Origin: the human T2T-CHM13v2.0 reference genome, Homo sapiens
Direction: 5' to 3' (one strand)
Assembly (NCBI RefSeq): GCF_009914755.1
Contig: NC_060929.1
Length of the DNA: 64,000 bases
Shown here: positions 25,401-40,400 of the stretch, piece after piece
Position numbering within the stretch: the first letter of the stretch is position 1
How the letters are laid out: every line of letters begins with the position of its first letter
The notes under the pieces: generated by a model
The model's database searches: none
Told to the model about the DNA's origin: nothing
Seen by the model: only the letters and a program-made list of their open reading frames with translations
Translations under genes and position numbers: made by a program

Positions 25401-28400
25401 GAGTGGTCCGAATATCCACTTGCAGATTCTACAAAAAGAGGTTTTCAAAACTGCTCTATGCAGAGGTATGTTCAAGTCTGTGAGTTGAATGCAAACATCA
25501 CGAAGCAGTTTCTGAGAATGCTTCTGTCTAGTTTTTAGGGGCAGATATTTCCGTTGGCACAATAGCCCTCAAAGCGCTCTAAATATCCACTGGCAGATTC
25601 TAGCAAAAGAGTGTTTCAAAACTGCTCTGTGAAAAGAAAGGTTCAACTGTGTTAGTTGAATGCCCACATCACAAAGAAGATTCTGAGAATATTTCTGTCT
25701 AGTTTTTATTAGAAAATATTCCCGTTTCCACCAAAGGACACAAAGCGAAGCCAACTATCCGCTTGCAGATCTTACAAAAACACGTTTCAAAACTGCTCTA
25801 TCAAAGGAAAGGTTCATCTCTCTGGGTTCAACGCACACATCACAAAGAAGTTTCTGAGAATGCTTCTGGCTAGTTCGTGTGTGAAGATATTCCCATTTCC
25901 AACAAAGGCTTCAAAGCCCTCCAAATATTCACCTGCAATTGTTCAAAAGAGTGTTTCAAAACTGTTCTATCAAAAGGAAGGTTCAACTCTGTGAGTTGAA
26001 CGCACGCTTCACATAAATGGTTCTGAGAATGCTTCTTTCTAGTTTTTATGTGAAGATATTTCCTTCTCCACCATAGCCTTCAAAGCGCTCCAAGTGTCCG
26101 CTGGCAGATTCCACAGAAACAGTGTTTCAAAACTGCTCTAACAAAAGAAAGATTCAACTCCGTGATTTGAATGCACACATCACAAAGCATTTTCTGTGAA
26201 TCCTTCTGTCTAGTTTTTATATGAGGATATTTCCTTTTCTACCACGGGCATCCAAGCGTTCCAATTCTCCAATTGTATATTGCACAAACAGAGTGTTTCA
26301 AAACTGTTCCATGAGAAGGAAGATTCAAATTTGGGAGTACAATGCACACATCACCAAGAAGTTTCTGAGAATGCTTCTGTCTAGTTTATATGTGAAGATA
26401 TTCCCGTTTCCAGCAAAGGTCTCACAGCGGTCCAAATATCCACTTGCGGATCCCACAAACAGAGTGTTTCAAAACTGCTCTACGGAAAGGTATGTTCAAC
26501 TCTGTGAGTTTACTGCAAACATCCTAAAGAAGTTTCTGGGAATGCTGCTGTCTAGTTTAATGTGAATATATTTTCTTTTCCGCCATAGCCCTCAAAGAGC
26601 TCCAAATATCCACTTTCAGATTCTACAGAGTGTTTCAAAACTGCTCTATCCAAAAAAAGTTTCAACTCGGTGAGTCGAATGCACATATCACAAAGCAGTT
26701 TCTGAGAATGCTTTCGTCTATTTTTCCCAGGAAGATATTTCCTTTCGGACCGTAGGCCTCAAATCGCTCCAGATATCCACATGCAGATTCTACAAAGAGA
26801 GTGTTTCCAAACTGCCCTATCAAAAGGAAGGTTCAACTCTGGTAGTTGAATGCAAACATCACAAAGAAGTTTCTCAGAATGCTTCTGTCTAGTTGTCATA
26901 GGCAGATATTTCTTTTACTACCATAGGCCTCAAAGCGCTCCAAATATCCACTTGCAGATCCTCCGAAAACAGTGTTTCAAAACTGCTCCATAAAAAGGAA
27001 GGTTCAACTCTGTGAGTTGAATGGACAGACCACAAAGAAGTTTCTGAGAATGCTTCTGTCTAGTGTTTATGTGAAGATATTCCCGTTTCCGATGAAGGCC
27101 TCAAAGCAGTCCAAATATCCACTTGCAGATTCTACAAAAATAGTGCTTCAAAACTACTCTATGGAAAGGTATGTTCAACACTGTGAGATGAATGCAAACG
27201 TCACAAAGAAGTTGCTGAGAATGCTTCAGTCTACTTTCTATGGGAAGACATTTCCTTTTGCACCACAGCCCCCAAAGCACTCCAAATGTCTACTTGCAGA
27301 TTCGATAAAGGAGTTTTACAAAACTGCTCTATCAAAAGAAAGGTTCAACGCTGTGACTTGAATCCACATATCACGAAAAAGTTTCTGAGAATGCCTCTGT
27401 CTACTTTTTATGTGAAGATATTCCGGTTTCCAACGATGGCCTCAAAGCGCTCCAAATATCTACTTGCAGATTCTAGAAAAAGAGTGTTTCAAAACTGCTC
27501 TATTAAAGGAAGGTTCAACTCTGTGAGTTGAATTCACACATCACAAAGAACTTTCTGACAATGCTTCTATCTAGTTTTTATGTGAAGATTTTACTGTTTC
27601 CCATGAAGGCCTCAGAGTGGTCCGAATATCCACTTGCAGATTCTACAAAAAGAGGTTTTCAAAACTGCTCTATGCAGAGGTATGTTCAAGTCTGTGAGTT
27701 GAATGCAAACATCACGAAGCAGTTTCTGAGAATGCTTCTGTCTAGTTTTTAGGGGCAGATATTTCCGTTGGCACAATAGCCCTCAAAGCGCTCTAAATAT
27801 CCACTGGCAGATTCTAGCAAAAGAGTGTTTCAAAACTGCTCTGTGAAAAGAAAGGTTCAACTGTGTTAGTTGAATGCCCACATCACAAAGAAGATTCTGA
27901 GAATATTTCTGTCTAGTTTTTATTAGAAAATATTCCCGTTTCCACCAAAGGACACAAAGCGAAGCCAACTATCCGCTTGCAGATCTTACAAAAACACGTT
28001 TCAAAACTGCTCTATCAAAGGAAAGGTTCATCTCTCTGGGTTCAACGCACACATCACAAAGAAGTTTCTGAGAATGCTTCTGGCTAGTTCGTGTGTGAAG
28101 ATATTCCCATTTCCAACAAAGGCTTCAAAGCCCTCCAAATATTCACCTGCAATTGTTCAAAAGAGTGTTTCAAAACTGTTCTATCAAAAGGAAGGTTCAA
28201 CTCTGTGAGTTGAACGCACGCTTCACATAAATGGTTCTGAGAATGCTTCTTTCTAGTTTTTATGTGAAGATATTTCCTTCTCCACCATAGCCTTCAAAGC
28301 GCTCCAAGTGTCCGCTGGCAGATTCCACAGAAACAGTGTTTCAAAACTGCTCTAACAAAAGAAAGATTCAACTCCGTGATTTGAATGCACACATCACAAA

Positions 28401-31400
28401 GCATTTTCTGTGAATCCTTCTGTCTAGTTTTTATATGAGGATATTTCCTTTTCTACCACGGGCATCCAAGCGTTCCAATTCTCCAATTGTATATTGCACA
28501 AACAGAGTGTTTCAAAACTGTTCCATGAGAAGGAAGATTCAAATTTGGGAGTACAATGCACACATCACCAAGAAGTTTCTGAGAATGCTTCTGTCTAGTT
28601 TATATGTGAAGATATTCCCGTTTCCAGCAAAGGTCTCACAGCGGTCCAAATATCCACTTGCGGATCCCACAAACAGAGTGTTTCAAAACTGCTCTACGGA
28701 AAGGTATGTTCAACTCTGTGAGTTTACTGCAAACATCCTAAAGAAGTTTCTGGGAATGCTGCTGTCTAGTTTAATGTGAATATATTTTCTTTTCCGCCAT
28801 AGCCCTCAAAGAGCTCCAAATATCCACTTTCAGATTCTACAGAGTGTTTCAAAACTGCTCTATCCAAAAAAAGTTTCAACTCGGTGAGTCGAATGCACAT
28901 ATCACAAAGCAGTTTCTGAGAATGCTTTCGTCTATTTTTCCCAGGAAGATATTTCCTTTCGGACCGTAGGCCTCAAATCGCTCCAGATATCCACATGCAG
29001 ATTCTACAAAGAGAGTGTTTCCAAACTGCCCTATCAAAAGGAAGGTTCAACTCTGGTAGTTGAATGCAAACATCACAAAGAAGTTTCTCAGAATGCTTCT
29101 GTCTAGTTGTCATAGGCAGATATTTCTTTTACTACCATAGGCCTCAAAGCGCTCCAAATATCCACTTGCAGATCCTCCGAAAACAGTGTTTCAAAACTGC
29201 TCCATAAAAAGGAAGGTTCAACTCTGTGAGTTGAATGGACAGACCACAAGGAAGTTTCTGAGAATGCTTCTGTCTAGTGTTTATGTGAAGATATTCCCGT
29301 TTCCGATGAAGGCCTCAAAGCAGTCCAAATATCCACTTGCAGATTCTACAAAAATAGTGCTTCAAAACTACTCTATGGAAAGGTATGTTCAACACTGTGA
29401 GATGAATGCAAACGTCACAAAGAAGTTGCTGAGAATGCTTCAGTCTACTTTCTATGGGAAGACATTTCCTTTTGCACCACAGCCCCCAAAGCACTCCAAA
29501 TGTCTACTTGCAGATTCGATAAAGGAGTTTTACAAAACTGCTCTATCAAAAGAAAGGTTCAACGCTGTGACTTGAATCCACATATCACGAAAAAGTTTCT
29601 GAGAATGCCTCTGTCTACTTTTTATGTGAAGATATTCCGGTTTCCAACGATGGCCTCAAAGCGCTCCAAATATCTACTTGCAGATTCTAGAAAAAGAGTG
29701 TTTCAAAACTGCTCTATTAAAGGAAGGTTCAACTCTGTGAGTTGAATTCACACATCACAAAGAACTTTCTGACAATGCTTTTATCTAGTTTTTATGTGAA
29801 GATATTACTGTTTCCTATGAAGGCCTCAGAGTGTTCCGAATATCCACTTGCAGATTCTACAAAAAGAGGTTTCCAAAAGTGCTCTATGCAGAGGTATGTT
29901 CAAGTCTGTGAGTTGAATGCAAACATCACGAAGCAGTTTCTGAGAATGCTTCTGTCTAGTTTTTAGGGACAGATATTTCCGTTGGCACAATAGCCCTCAA
30001 AGCGCACCAAATATCCACTGGCAGATTCTACCAAAAGAGTGTTTCAAAACTGCTCTGTGAAAAGAAACGTTCAACTCTGTTAGTTGAATGCCCACATCAC
30101 AAAGAAGATTCTGAGAATATTTCTGTCTAGTTTTTATTAGAAGATATTCCCGTTTCCACCAAAGGACACAAAGCGAAGCCAACTATCCGCTTGCAGATCT
30201 TACAAAAACACGTTTCAAAACTGCTCTATCAAAGGAAAGGTTCATCTCTCTGGGTTCAACGCACACATCACAAAGAAGTTTCTGAGAATGCTTCTGGCTA
30301 GTTCGTGTGTGAAGATATTCCCATTTCCAACAAAGGCTTCAAAGCCCTCCAAATATTCACCTGCAATTGTTCAAAAGAGTGTTTCAAAACTGTTCTATCA
30401 AAAGGAAGGTTCAACTCTGTGAGTTGAACGCACGCTTCACATAAATGGTTCTGAGAATGCTTCTTTCTAGTTTTTATGTGAAGATATTTCCTTCTCCACC
30501 ATAGCCTTCAAAGCGCTCCAAGTGTCCGCTGGCAGATTCCACAGAAACAGTGTTTCAAAACTGCTCTAACAAAAGAAAGATTCAACTCCGTGATTTGAAT
30601 GCACACATCACAAAGCATTTTCTGTGAATCCTTCTGTCTAGTTTTTATATGAGGATATTTCCTTTTCTACCACGGGCATCCAAGCGTTCCAATTCTCCAA
30701 TTGTATATTGCACAAACAGAGTGTTTCAAAACTGTTCCATGAGAAGGAAGATTCAAATTTGGGAGTACAATGCACACATCACCAAGAAGTTTCTGAGAAT
30801 GCTTCTGTCTAGTTTATATGTGAAGATATTCCCGTTTCCAGCAAAGGTCTCACAGCGGTCCAAATATCCACTTGCGGATCCCACAAACAGAGTGTTTCAA
30901 AACTGCTCTACGGAAAGGTATGTTCAACTCTGTGAGTTTACTGCAAACATCCTAAAGAAGTTTCTGGGAATGCTGCTGTCTAGTTTAATGTGAATATATT
31001 TTCTTTTCCGCCATAGCCCTCAAAGAGCTCCAAATATCCACTTTCAGATTCTACAGAGTGTTTCAAAACTGCTCTATCCAAAAAAAGTTTCAACTCGGTG
31101 AGTCGAATGCACATATCACAAAGCAGTTTCTGAGAATGCTTTCGTCTATTTTTCCCAGGAAGATATTTCCTTTCGGACCGTAGGCCTCAAATCGCTCCAG
31201 ATATCCACATGCAGATTCTACAAAGAGAGTGTTTCCAAACTGCCCTATCAAAAGGAAGGTTCAACTCTGGTAGTTGAATGCAAACATCACAAAGAAGTTT
31301 CTCAGAATGCTTCTGTCTAGTTGTCATAGGCAGATATTTCTTTTACTACCATAGGCCTCAAAGCGCTCCAAATATCCACTTGCAGATCCTCCGAAAACAG

Positions 31401-34400
31401 TGTTTCAAAACTGCTCCATAAAAAGGAAGGTTCAACTCTGTGAGTTGAATGGACAGACCACAAAGAAGTTTCTGAGAATGCTTCTGTCTAGTGTTTATGT
31501 GAAGATATTCCCGTTTCCGATGAAGGCCTCAAAGCAGTCCAAATATCCACTTGCAGATTCTACAAAAATAGTGCTTCAAAACTACTCTATGGAAAGGTAT
31601 GTTCAACACTGTGAGATGAATGCAAACGTCACAAAGAAGTTGCTGAGAATGCTTCAGTCTACTTTCTATGGGAAGACATTTCCTTTTGCACCACAGCCCC
31701 CAAAGCACTCCAAATGTCTACTTGCAGATTCGATAAAGGAGTTTTACAAAACTGCTCTATCAAAAGAAAGGTTCAACGCTGTGACTTGAATCCACATATC
31801 ACGAAAAAGTTTCTGAGAATGCCTCTGTCTACTTTTTATGTGAAGATATTCCAGTTTCCAACGATGGCCTCAAAGCGCTCCAAATATCTACTTGCAGATT
31901 CTAGAAAAAGAGTGTTTCAAAACTGCTCTATTAAAGGAAGGTTCAACTCTGTGAGTTGAATTCACACATCACAAAGAACTTTCTGACAATGCTTTTATCT
32001 AGTTTTTATGTGAAGATATTACTGTTTCCTATGAAGGCCTCAGAGTGTTCCGAATATCCACTTGCAGATTCTACAAAAAGAGGTTTCCAAAAGTGCTCTA
32101 TGCAGAGGTATGTTCAAGTCTGTGAGTTGAATGCAAACATCACGAAGCAGTTTCTGAGAATGCTTCTGTCTAGTTTTTAGGGACAGATATTTCCGTTGGC
32201 ACAATAGCCCTCAAAGCGCACCAAATATCCACTGGCAGATTCTACCAAAAGAGTGTTTCAAAACTGCTCTGTGAAAAGAAACGTTCAACTCTGTTAGTTG
32301 AATGCCCACATCACAAAGAAGATTCTGAGAATATTTCTGTCTAGTTTTTATTAGAAGATATTCCCGTTTCCACCAAAGGACACAAAGCGAAGCCAACTAT
32401 CCGCTTGCAGATCTTACAAAAACACGTTTCAAAACTGCTCTATCAAAGGAAAGGTTCATCTCTCTGGGTTCAACGCACACATCACAAAGAAGTTTCTGAG
32501 AATGCTTCTGGCTAGTTCGTGTGTGAAGATATTCCCATTTCCAACAAAGGCTTCAAAGCCCTCCAAATATTCACCTGCAATTGTTCAAAAGAGTGTTTCA
32601 AAACTGTTCTATCAAAAGGAAGGTTCAACTCTGTGAGTTGAATGCACGCTTCACATAAATGGTTCTGAGAATGCTTCTTTCTAGTTTTTATGTGAAGATA
32701 TTTCCTTCTCCACCATAGCCCTCAAAGCGCTCCAAGTGTCCGCTGGCAGATTCCACAGAAACAGTGTTTCAAAACTGCTCTAACAAAAGAAAGATTCAAC
32801 TCCGTGATTTGAATGCACACATCACAAAGCATTTTCTGAGAATCCTTCTGTCTAGTTTTTATATGAGGATATTTCCTTTTCTACCACGGGCATCCAAGCG
32901 TTCCAATTCTCCAATTGTAGATTGCACAAACAGAGTGTTTCAAAACTGCTCCATGAGAAGGAAGATTCAAATTTGGGAGTACAATGCACACATCACGAAG
33001 AAGTTTCTGAGAATGCTTCTGTCTAGTTTATATGTGAAGATATTCCCGTTTCCAGCAAAGGTCTCAAAGCGGTCCAAATATCCACTTGCGGATCCCACAA
33101 ACAGAGTGTTTCAAAACTGCTCTACGGAAAGGTATGTTCAACTCTGTGAGTTTACTGCAAACATCCTAAAGAAGTTTCTGGGAATGCTGCTGTCTAGTTT
33201 AATGTGAATATATTTTCTTTTCCGCCATAGCCCTCAAAGAGCTCCAAATATCCACTTTCAGATTCTACAGAGTGTTTCAAAACTGCTCTATCCAAAAAAA
33301 GTTTCAACTCGGTGAGTCGAATGCACATATCACAAAGCAGTTTCTGAGAATGCTTTCGTCTATTTTTCCCAGGAAGAGATTTCCTTTTGGACCGTAGGCC
33401 TCAAATCGCTCCAGATATCCACATGCAGATTCTACAAAAAGAGTGTTTCCAAACTGCCCTATCAAAAGGAAGGTTCACCTCTGGTAGTTGAATGCAAACA
33501 TCACAAAGAAGTTTCTCAGAATGCTTCTGTCTAGTTGTCATAGGCAGATATTTCTTTTTCTACCATAGGCCTCAAAGCGCTCCAAATATCCACTTGCAGA
33601 TCCTCCGAAAACAGTGTTTCAAAACTGCTCCATAAAAAGGAAGGTTCAACTCTGTGAGTTGAATGGACAGACCACAAAGAAGTTTCTGAGAATGCTTCTG
33701 TCTAGTGTTTATGTGAAGATATTCCCGTTTCCGATGAAGGCCTCAAAGCAGTCCAAATATCCACTTGCAGATTCTACAAAAATAGTGCTTCAAAACTACT
33801 CTATGGAAAGGTATGTTCAACACTGTGAGATGAATGCAAACGTCACAAAGAAGTTGCTGAGAATGCTTCAGTCTAGTTTCTATGGGAAGACATTTCCTTT
33901 TGCACCACAGCCCTCAAAGCACTCCAAATGTCTACTTGCAGATTCGATAAAAGAGTTTTACAAAACTGCTCTATCAAAACAAAGGTTCAACGCTGTGAGT
34001 TGAATCCACATATCACGAAAAAGTTTCTGAGAATGCCTCTATCTACTTTTTATGTGAAGATATTCCGGATTCCAACGAAGGCCTGAAAGCGCTCCAAATA
34101 TCTACTGGCAGATTCTAGAAAAAGAGTGTTTCAAAACTGCTCTATTAAAGGAAGGTTCAACTCTGTGAGTTGAATTCACACATCACAAAGAACTTTCTGA
34201 CAATGCTTCTATCTAGTTTTTATGTGAAGATATTACTGTTTCCTATGAAGGCCTTAAAGTGGTCCGAATATCCACTTGCAGATTCTACAAAAAGAGGTTT
34301 TTAAAACTGCTCTATGCAGAGGTATGTTCAACCCTGTGAGTTGAATGCAAACATCACGAAGCAGTTTCTGAGAATGCTTCTGTCTAGTTTTTAGGGGCAG

Positions 34401-37400
34401 ATATTTCCGTTGGCACAATAGCCCTCATAGCGCTCCAAATATCCACTGGCAGATTCTACCAAAAGAGTGTTTCAAAACTGCTCTGTGAAAAGAAACGTTC
34501 AACTGTGTTAGTTGAATGCCCACATCACAAAGAAGATTCTGAGAATATTTCTGTCTAGTTTTTGTTAGAAGATATTCCCGTTTCCACCAAAGGACACAAA
34601 GCGAAGCCAACTATCCGCTTGCAGATCTTACAAAAACACGTTTCAAAACTGCTCTATCAAAGGAAAGGTTCATCTCTCTGGGTTCAACGCACACATCACA
34701 AAGAAGTTTCTGAGAATGCTTCTGGCTAGTTTGTGTGTGAAGATATTCCCATTTCCAACAAAGGCTTCAAAGCCCTCCAAATATTCACCTGCAATTGTTC
34801 AAAAGAGTGTTTCAAAACTGTTCTATCAAAAGGAAGGTTCAACTCTGTGAGTTGAATGGACGCTTCACATAAATGGTTCTTAGAATGCTTCTTTCTAGTT
34901 TTTATGTGAAGATATTTCCTTCTCCACCATAGCCCTCAAAGCGCTCCAAGTGTCCGCTGGCAGATTCCACAGAAACAGTGTTTCAAAACTGCTCTAACAA
35001 AAGAAAGATTCAACTCCGTGATTTGAATGCACAAATCACAAAGCATTTTCTGTGAATCCTTCTGTCTAGTTTTTATATGAGGATATTTCCTTTTCTACCA
35101 CGGGCATCCAAGCGTTCCAATTCTCCAATTGTAGATTGCACAAACAGAGTGTTTCAAAACTGCTCCATGAGAAGGAAGATGCAAATTTGGGAGTACAATG
35201 CACACATCACGAAGAAGTTTCTGAGAATGCTTCTGTCTAGTTTATATGTGAAGGTATTCCCGTTTCCAGCAAAGGTCTCAAAGCGGTCCAAATATCCACT
35301 TGCGGATACCACAAACAGAGTGTTTCAAAACTGCTCTACGGAAAGGTATGTTCAACTCTGTGAGTTTACTGCAAACATCCTAAAGAAGTTTCTGGGAATG
35401 CTGCTGTCTAGTTTAATGTGAATATATTTTCTTTTCCGCCATAGCCCTCAAAGAGCTCCAAATATCCACTTTCAGATTCTACAGAGTGTTTCAAAACTGC
35501 TCTATCCAAAAAAAGTTTCAACTCGGTGAGTCGAATGCACATATCACAAAGCAGTTTCTGAGAATGCTTTCCTCTATTTTTCCCAGGAAGATATTTCCTT
35601 TTGGACCGTAGGCCTCAAATCGCTCCAGATATCCACATGCAGATTCTACAAAAAGAGTGTTTCCAAACTGCCCTATCAAAAGGAAGGTTCAACTCTGGTA
35701 GTTGAATGCAAACATCACAAAGAAGTTTCTCAGAATGCTTCTGTCTAGTTGTCATAGGCAGATATTTCTTTTTCTACCGTAGGCCTCAAAGCGCTCCAAA
35801 TATCCACTTGCAGATCCTCCGAAAACAGTGTTTCAAAACTGCTCCATAAAAAGGAAGGTTCAACTCTGTGAGTTGAATGGACAGACCACAAAGAAGTTTC
35901 TGAGAATGCTTCTGTCTAGTGTTTATGTGAAGATATTCCCGTTTCCGATGAAGGCCTCAAAGCAGTCCAAATATCCACTTGCAGATTCTACAAAAATAGT
36001 GCTTCAAAACTACTCTATGGAAAGGTATGTTCAACACTGTGAGATGAATGCAAACGTCACAAAGAAGTTGCTGAGAATGCTTCAATCTAGTTTCTATGGG
36101 AAGACATTTCCTTTTGCACCACAGCCCTCAAAGCACTCCAAATGTCTACTTGCAGATTCGATAAAAGAGTTTTACAAAACTGCTCTATCAAAAGAAAGGT
36201 TCAACGCTGTGAGTTGAATCCACATATCACGAAAAAGTTTCTGAGAATGCCTCTATCTACTTTTTATGTGAAGATATTCCGGTTTCCAACGAAGGCCTCA
36301 AAGCGCTCCAAATATCTACTTGCAGATTCTAGAAAAAGAGTGTTTCAAAACTGCTCTATTAAAGGAAGGTTCAACTCTGTGAGTTGAATTCACACATCAC
36401 AAAGAACTTTCTGACAATGCTTCTATCTAGTTTTTATGTGAAGATATTACTGTTTCCTATGAAGGCCTCAAAGTGGTCCGAATATCCACTTGCAGATTCT
36501 ACAAAAAGAGGTTTTCAAAACAGCTCTATGCAGAGGTATGTTCAACCCTGTGAGTTGAATGCAAACATCACGAAGCAGTTTCTGAGAATGCTTCTGTCTA
36601 GTTTTTAGGGGCAGATATTTCCGTTGGCACAATAGCCCTCATAGCGCTCCAAATATCCACTGGCAGATTCTACCAAAAGAGTGTTTCAAAACTGCTCTGT
36701 GAAAAGAAACGTTCAACTGTGTTAGTTGAATGCCCACATCACAAAGAAGATTCTGAGAATATTTCTGTCTAGTTTTTGTTAGAAGATATTCCCGTTTCCA
36801 CCAAAGGACACAAAGCGAAGCCAACTATCCGCTTGCAGATCTTACAAAAACACGTTTCAAAACTGCTCTATCAAAGGAAAGGTTCATCTCTCTGGGTTCA
36901 ACGCACACATCACAAAGAAGTTTCTGAGAATGCTTCTGGCTAGTTTGTGTGTGAAGATATTCCCATTTCCAACAAAGGCTTCAAAGCCCTCCAAATATTC
37001 ACCTGCAATTGTTCAAAAGAGTGTTTCAAAACTGTTCTATCAAAAGGAAGGTTCAACTCTGTGAGTTGAATGCACGCTTCACATAAATGGTTCTGAGAAT
37101 GCTTCTTTCTAGTTTTTATGTGAAGATATTTCCTTCTCCACCATAGCCCTCAAAGCGCTCCAAGTGTCCGCTGGCAGATTCCACAGAAACAGTGTTTCAA
37201 AACTGCTCTAACAAAAGAAAGATTCAACTCCGTGATTTGAATGCACAAATCACAAAGCATTTTCTGTGAATCCTTCTGTCTAGTTTTTATATGAGGATAT
37301 TTCCTTTTCTACCACAGGCATCCAAGCGTTCCAATTCTCCAATTGTAGATTGCACAAACAGAGTGTTTCAAAACTGCTCCATGAGAAGGAAGATGCAAAT

Positions 37401-40400
37401 TTGGGAGTACAATGCACACATCACGAAGAAGTTTCTGAGAATGCTTCTGTCTAGTTTATATGTGAAGGTATTCCCGTTTCCAGCAAAGGTCTCAAAGCGG
37501 TCCAAATATCCACTTGCGGATACCACAAACAGAGTGTTTCAAAACTGCTCTACGGAAAGGTATGTTCAACTCTGTGAGTTTACTGCAAACATCCTAAAGA
37601 AGTTTCTGGGAATGCTGCTGTCTAGTTTAATGTGAATATATTTTCTTTTCCGCCATAGCCCTCAAAGAGCTCCAAATATCCACTTTCAGATTCTACAGAG
37701 TGTTTCAAAACTGCTCTATCCAAAAAAAGTTTCAACTCGGTGAGTCGAATGCACATATCACAAAGCAGTTTCTGAGAATGCTTTCGTCTATTTTTCCCAG
37801 GAAGATATTTCCTTTTGGACCGTAGGCCTCAAATCGCTCCAGATATCCACATGCAGATTCTACAAAAAGAGTGTTTCCAAACTGCCCTATCAAAAGGAAG
37901 GTTCAACTCTGGTAGTTGAATGCAAACATCACAAAGAAGTTTCTCAGAATGCTTCTGTCTAGTTGTCATAGGCAGATATTTCTTTTTCTACCGTAGGCCT
38001 CAAAGTGCTCCAAATATCCACTTGCAGATCCTCCGAAAACAGTGTTTCAAAACTGCTCCATAAAAAGGAAGGTTCAACTCTGTGAGTTGAATGGACAGAC
38101 CACAAAGAAGTTTCTGAGAATGCTTCTGTCTAGTGTTTATGTGAAGATATTCCCGTTTCCGATGAAGGCCTCAAAGCAGTCCAAATATCCACTTGCAGAT
38201 TCTACAAAAATAGTGCTTCAAAACTACTCTATGGAAAGGTATGTTCAACACTGTGAGATGAATGCAAACGTCAAAAAGAAGTTGCTGAGAATGCTTCAAT
38301 CTAGTTTCTATGGGAAGACATTTCCTTTTGCACCACAGCCCTCAAAGCACTCCAAATGTCTACTTGCAGATTCGATAAAAGAGTTTTACAAAACTGCTCT
38401 ATCAAAAGAAAGGTTCAACGCTGTGAGTTGAATCCACATATCACGAAAAAGTTTCTGAGAATGCCTCTATCTACTTTTTATGTGAAGATATTCCGGTTTC
38501 CAACGAAGGCCTCAAAGCGCTCCAAATATCTACTTGCAGATTCTAGAAAAAGAGTGTTTCAAAACTGCTCTATTAAAGGAAGGTTCAACTCTGTGAGTTG
38601 AATTCACACATCACAAAGAACTTTCTGACAATGCTTCTATCTAGTTTTTATGTGAAGATATTACTGTTTCCTATGAAGGCCTCAAAGTGGTCCGAATATC
38701 CACTTGCAGATTCTACAAAAAGAGGTTTTCAAAACTGCTCTATGCAGAGGTATGTTCAACCCTGTGAGTTGAATGCAAACATCACGAAGCAGTTTCTGAG
38801 AATGCTTCTGTCTAGTTTTTAGGGGCAGATATTTCCGTTGGCACAAGAGCCCTCAAAGCGCTCCAAATATCCACTGGCAGATTCTACCAAAAGAGTGTTT
38901 CAAAACTGCTCTGTGAAAAGAAACGTTCAACTGTGTTAGTTGAATGCCCACATCACAAAGAAGATTCTGAGAATATTTCTGTCTAGTTTTTATTAGAAGA
39001 TATTCCCGTTTCCACCAAAGGACACAAAGCGAAGCCAACTATCCGCTTGCAGATCTTACAAAAACACGTTTCAAAACTGCTCTATCAAAGGAAAGGTTCA
39101 TCTCTCTGGGTTCAACGCACACATCACAAAGAAGTTTCTGAGAATGCTTCTGGCTAGTTTGTGTGTGAAGATATTCCCATTTCCAACAAAGGCTTCAAAG
39201 CCCTCCAAATATTCACCTGCAATTGTTCAAAAGAGTGTTTCAAAACTGTTCTATCAAAAGGAAGGTTCAACTCTGTGAGTTGAATGCACGCTTCACATAA
39301 ATGGTTCTGAGAATGCTTCTTTCTAGTTTTTATGTGAAGATATTTCCTTCTCCACCATAGCCCTCAAAGCGCTCCAAGTGTCCGCTGGCAGATTCCACAG
39401 AAACAGTGTTTCAAAACTGCTCTAACAAAAGAAAGATTCAACTCCGTGATTTGAATGCACACATCACAAAGCATTTTCTGTGAATCCTTCTGTCTAGTTT
39501 TTATATGAGGATATTTCCTTTTCTACCACGGGCATCCAAGCGTTCCAATTCTCCAATTGTAGATTGCACAAACAGAGTGTTTCAAAACTGCTCCATGAGA
39601 AGGAAGATTCAAATTTGGGAGTACAATGCACACATCACGAAGAAGTTTCTGAGAATGCTTCTGTCTAGTTGATATGTGAAGATATTCCCGTTTCCAGCAA
39701 AGGTCTCAAAGCGGTCCAAATATCCACTTGCGGATCCCACAAACAGAGTGTTTCAAAACTGCTCTACGGAAAGGTATGTTCAACTCTGTGAGTTTACTGC
39801 AAACATCCTAAAGAAGTTTCTGGGAATGCTGCTGTCCAGTTTAATGTGAATATGTTTTCTTTTCCGCCATAGCCCTCAAAGAGCTCCAAATATCCACTTT
39901 CAGATTCTACAGAGTGTTTCAAAACTGCTCTATCAAAAAAAAGTTTCAACTCGTTGAGTCGAATGCACATATCACAAAGCAGTTTCTGAGAATGCTTTCG
40001 TCTATGTTTCCCAGGAAGATATTTCCTTTTGGACCGTAGGCCTCAAATCGCTCCAGATATCCACATGCAGATTCTACAAAAAGAGTGTTTCCAAACTGCC
40101 CTATCAAAAGGAAGGTTCACCTCTGGTAGTTGAATGCAAACATCACAAAGAAGTTTCTCAGAATGCTTCTGTCTAGTTGTCATAGGCAGATATTTCTTTT
40201 TCTACCATAGGCCTCAAAGCGCTCCAAATATCCACTTGCAGATCCTCCGAAAACAGTGTTTCAAAACTGCTCCATAAAAAGGAAGGTTCAACTCTGTGAG
40301 TTGAATGGACAGACCACAAAGAAGTTTCTGAGAATGCTTCTGTCTAGTGTTTATGTGAAGATATTCCCGTTTCCGATGAAGGCCTCAAAGCAGTCCAAAT

